Shown: one piece after another, positions 61,109-64,000 of the stretch
Numbering within the stretch: the first letter of the stretch is position 1
Layout of the letters: every line of letters starts with the position of its first letter
Assembly: GCA_964016885.1 (NCBI GenBank)
Contig: OZ024761.1
Span: 16,802,001 to 16,866,000, forward strand
Direction of reading: 5' to 3'
Length of the DNA: 64,000 bases
Source of the DNA: Eledone cirrhosa
Taxonomy: Eukaryota
The notes under the pieces: model-generated
Told to the model about the DNA's origin: nothing
What the model saw: only the letters and a program-made list of their open reading frames with translations
Databases searched by the model: none
Made by a program: the position numbers and the translations under genes

Positions 61109-63230
61109 ATGTATATAAATGTATGTATATGTATATAAATGTATGTATATGTATATAAATGTATGTATATGTATATATATGTATGTGTATCTATGTATAT
61201 GTATGTATATATATGTATATGTATGTATATATATATGTATGTATGTATATATATATGTATGTATGTATATATATATGTATGTATATATATGTATATATAT
61301 GTATATGTATGTATATGTATATGTATATATATGTATGTATATATATGTATATGTATGTATATGTATATGTATGTATATGTATGTATATGTATATATATAT
61401 GTATATGTATATATATGTATATGAATATATATGTATGTATATCTATGTATATGAATATATATGTATGTATATCTATGTATATGAATATATGTATGTATGT
61501 ATGTATATGAATATATATATATGTATGTATATATATGTATATGAATATATATATGTATGTATATATATGTATATGAATATATATGTATGTATATATATGT
61601 ATATGAATATATATGTATATATATGTATATGAATATATATGTATATGAATATATATGTATGTATATGAATATATATATATGTATATGTATATGTATGTAT
61701 ATGTGTATATATGTATGTATATGTATATGTGTATATATGTATGTATATGTATGTATGTATATGTATATACATGTATGTATATGTATATGTTTGTATATGT
61801 GTATATATGTATGTGTATATGTATATATATGTGTATGTATATATATATAAAAATAAATTATCGAGAATCGCATTCCGGCCCACGAAATAACGAAAAACAA
61901 CCTCCGAGATGTGTGGCAAGTGCTCAATGATTCAGAAGATCCAGAGCTATAACAAACGTTAAAGGCCAAACACACTGAGACGATGGTTAAACAATCATTC
62001 GCATAGCCAAAAAAAACCGATCAAGTAATTCAGGTATTAAAAATTTACCCGGACCCCTGGAAGGTTGGTAAAATCCAGTATATGGGTTTCTGCGGCTCCT
62101 AAATCAAGTACGGTCCGCCTACATAAATAATGTCAGGCTTCTGGTAAGATGATTGAACAAGGAAGCCACTTTCTCAACATGTTTTAGTTCAATGTTAATA
62201 CAAGGACTGACTGTTGCTGACCCCACGTGGGTATCGGCAAGGGAGGCAACCCCTATATCAGGCGAATGAATATATGTATATATATATATATGAATGTATG
62301 AATATATGTATATATATATATGAATATATGTATATATATATATGAATATATGTATATATATATATGAATATATGTATATATATATATGAATATATGTATA
62401 TATATATATGAATATATGTATATATATATATATGAATATATGTATATATATATATGAATATATGTATATATATATATGAATATATGTATATATATATATG
62501 AATATATATATATGAATATATGTATATATATATATGAATATATGTATATATATATATGAATATATGTATATATATATATGAATATATGTATATATATATA
62601 TAAATATATGTATATATGTATATATATATAAATATATGTATATATATATAAATATATGTATATATGTATATATATGTATGTGTATGTATATGTATGTGTA
62701 TGTATATATATGTATATACATATATATGTATATATATGTATATGGATATATATGTGTGTATATGTGTATATATATGTGTATATGTGTATATTTATATATG
62801 TGTGTATATTTATATATGTGTATATATGTATATATATATTTATATATGTATATATATATATATATATATATGTGTATATATGTATATATATATTTATATA
62901 TGTATATATATATATATATATGTGTATATATATATATATATATGTGTATATATGTGTGTGTATGTATAGATCTATATATGTGTATATATGTATAGATCTA
63001 TATATGTGTATATATGTATAGATCTATATATGTGTATATATGTATAGATCTATATGTGTGTATATATGTATAGATCTATATGTGTGTATATATGTATAGA
63101 TCTATATGTGTGTATATATGTATAGATCTATATGTGTGTATAGATCTATATGTGTGTATATATATATTATATATGTATATATAATTATATGTATATATAA
63201 TTATATATATATAATATATATATAATATAT

Positions 63231-64000
63231 AAGACTGGCTGTCCATGGGAACTTCTCTACGCTGACGATCTGGTTCTTATAGCAGAATCAGTAGAGGAGC
63301 TAGCGAATAAATTCCGGCTATGGAAACAGCAGTTGGAAGCAAGAGGACTGAGAGTAAATCTAGCTAAGACAAAAGTGTTGATGAGTAGAAAAGAGGACAA
63401 AACCCTGATTCCATCAGGGAAATGGCCATGTTCGATATGCAGAAAAGGAACTGGCATAAATTCTATAAAATGCACACAATGCAGGTCCTGGGTACACAAG
63501 AGATGTAGCGGGATAGCAGGCAAACTAACAGGTAGGGAGAAATATGTATGCAGTAGATGTACAGGGGAATTAGACAGTAGAAGTCGCACTGATAGACACA
63601 TTTTTCAAATGCGAGAGGGCGCTATAGAAGTGGTGGATAGCTTCCGGTACCTAGGAGATCAGATTAGCATGGGAGGAGGGTGTTCCGAGGCCATAGTATC
63701 TAGAATAAGGACGGGTTGGAAGAAGTTTAGGGAGCTGCTTCCTATGTTGACGAAGAAGGGTTTCTCCCTGCGTACTCAAGGCCGGTTGTATGATGCCTGT
63801 GTGAGGAGCGCGATGCTGCATGGTAGTGAGACATGGGCAGCAACCGCAGAGGATATGCGACGGCTGGAGAGAAATGAGGCAAGCATGCTCCGTTGGATGT
63901 GCAATGTAAATGTGCGTGAACGACCCAGCATAAATGTGTTGAGAGAGAAACTGTGTCTGAGAGGGATAGAATGTAGTGTACGGGAGAGGAGACTGAGGTG
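63231..64000 (+). mobile_element. 5'-truncated RTE LINE family 2, running off the window end
   Basis: KTGCPWELLYADDL...KWPCSICRKG...[28 protein letters not shown]. Confidence 0.93.

Larger units (their letters stand above)
58850..63230. repeat. Series of TA/TATG/TATGAA microsatellite fields with interspersed elements
   Basis: Visible. Confidence 0.9.

Overview
AT-rich, repeat-dense eukaryotic genomic DNA. The SINE/RTE content suggests a coleoid cephalopod such as Octopus (inference). The + strand carries the 3' part of a Mi-2 / CHD3-4-5 family chromatin remodeller gene. I traced 29 phase-consistent coding exons from 8801 to the stop at 50753, about 1714 aa: two chromodomains, SNF2 ATPase, helicase C, post-helicase conserved regions, a long D/K/T-rich insert and the C-terminal domain. 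The N-terminus and PHD fingers lie upstream of the window. One intron (46082-48090) is U12-type. Introns and flanks hold RTE LINE fragments, several tRNA-derived SINE families, piggyBac-, hAT-, mariner- and pogo-like MITEs, minisatellites and long TA-rich microsatellites. Most ORF-track entries are microsatellite artefacts. The most notable signals are two intronic hairpins with a strong sense-strand G.U bias, a Penelope-type hammerhead fold inside an inverted repeat, tandem duplications that copy splice signals, and a candidate 18-nt microexon.
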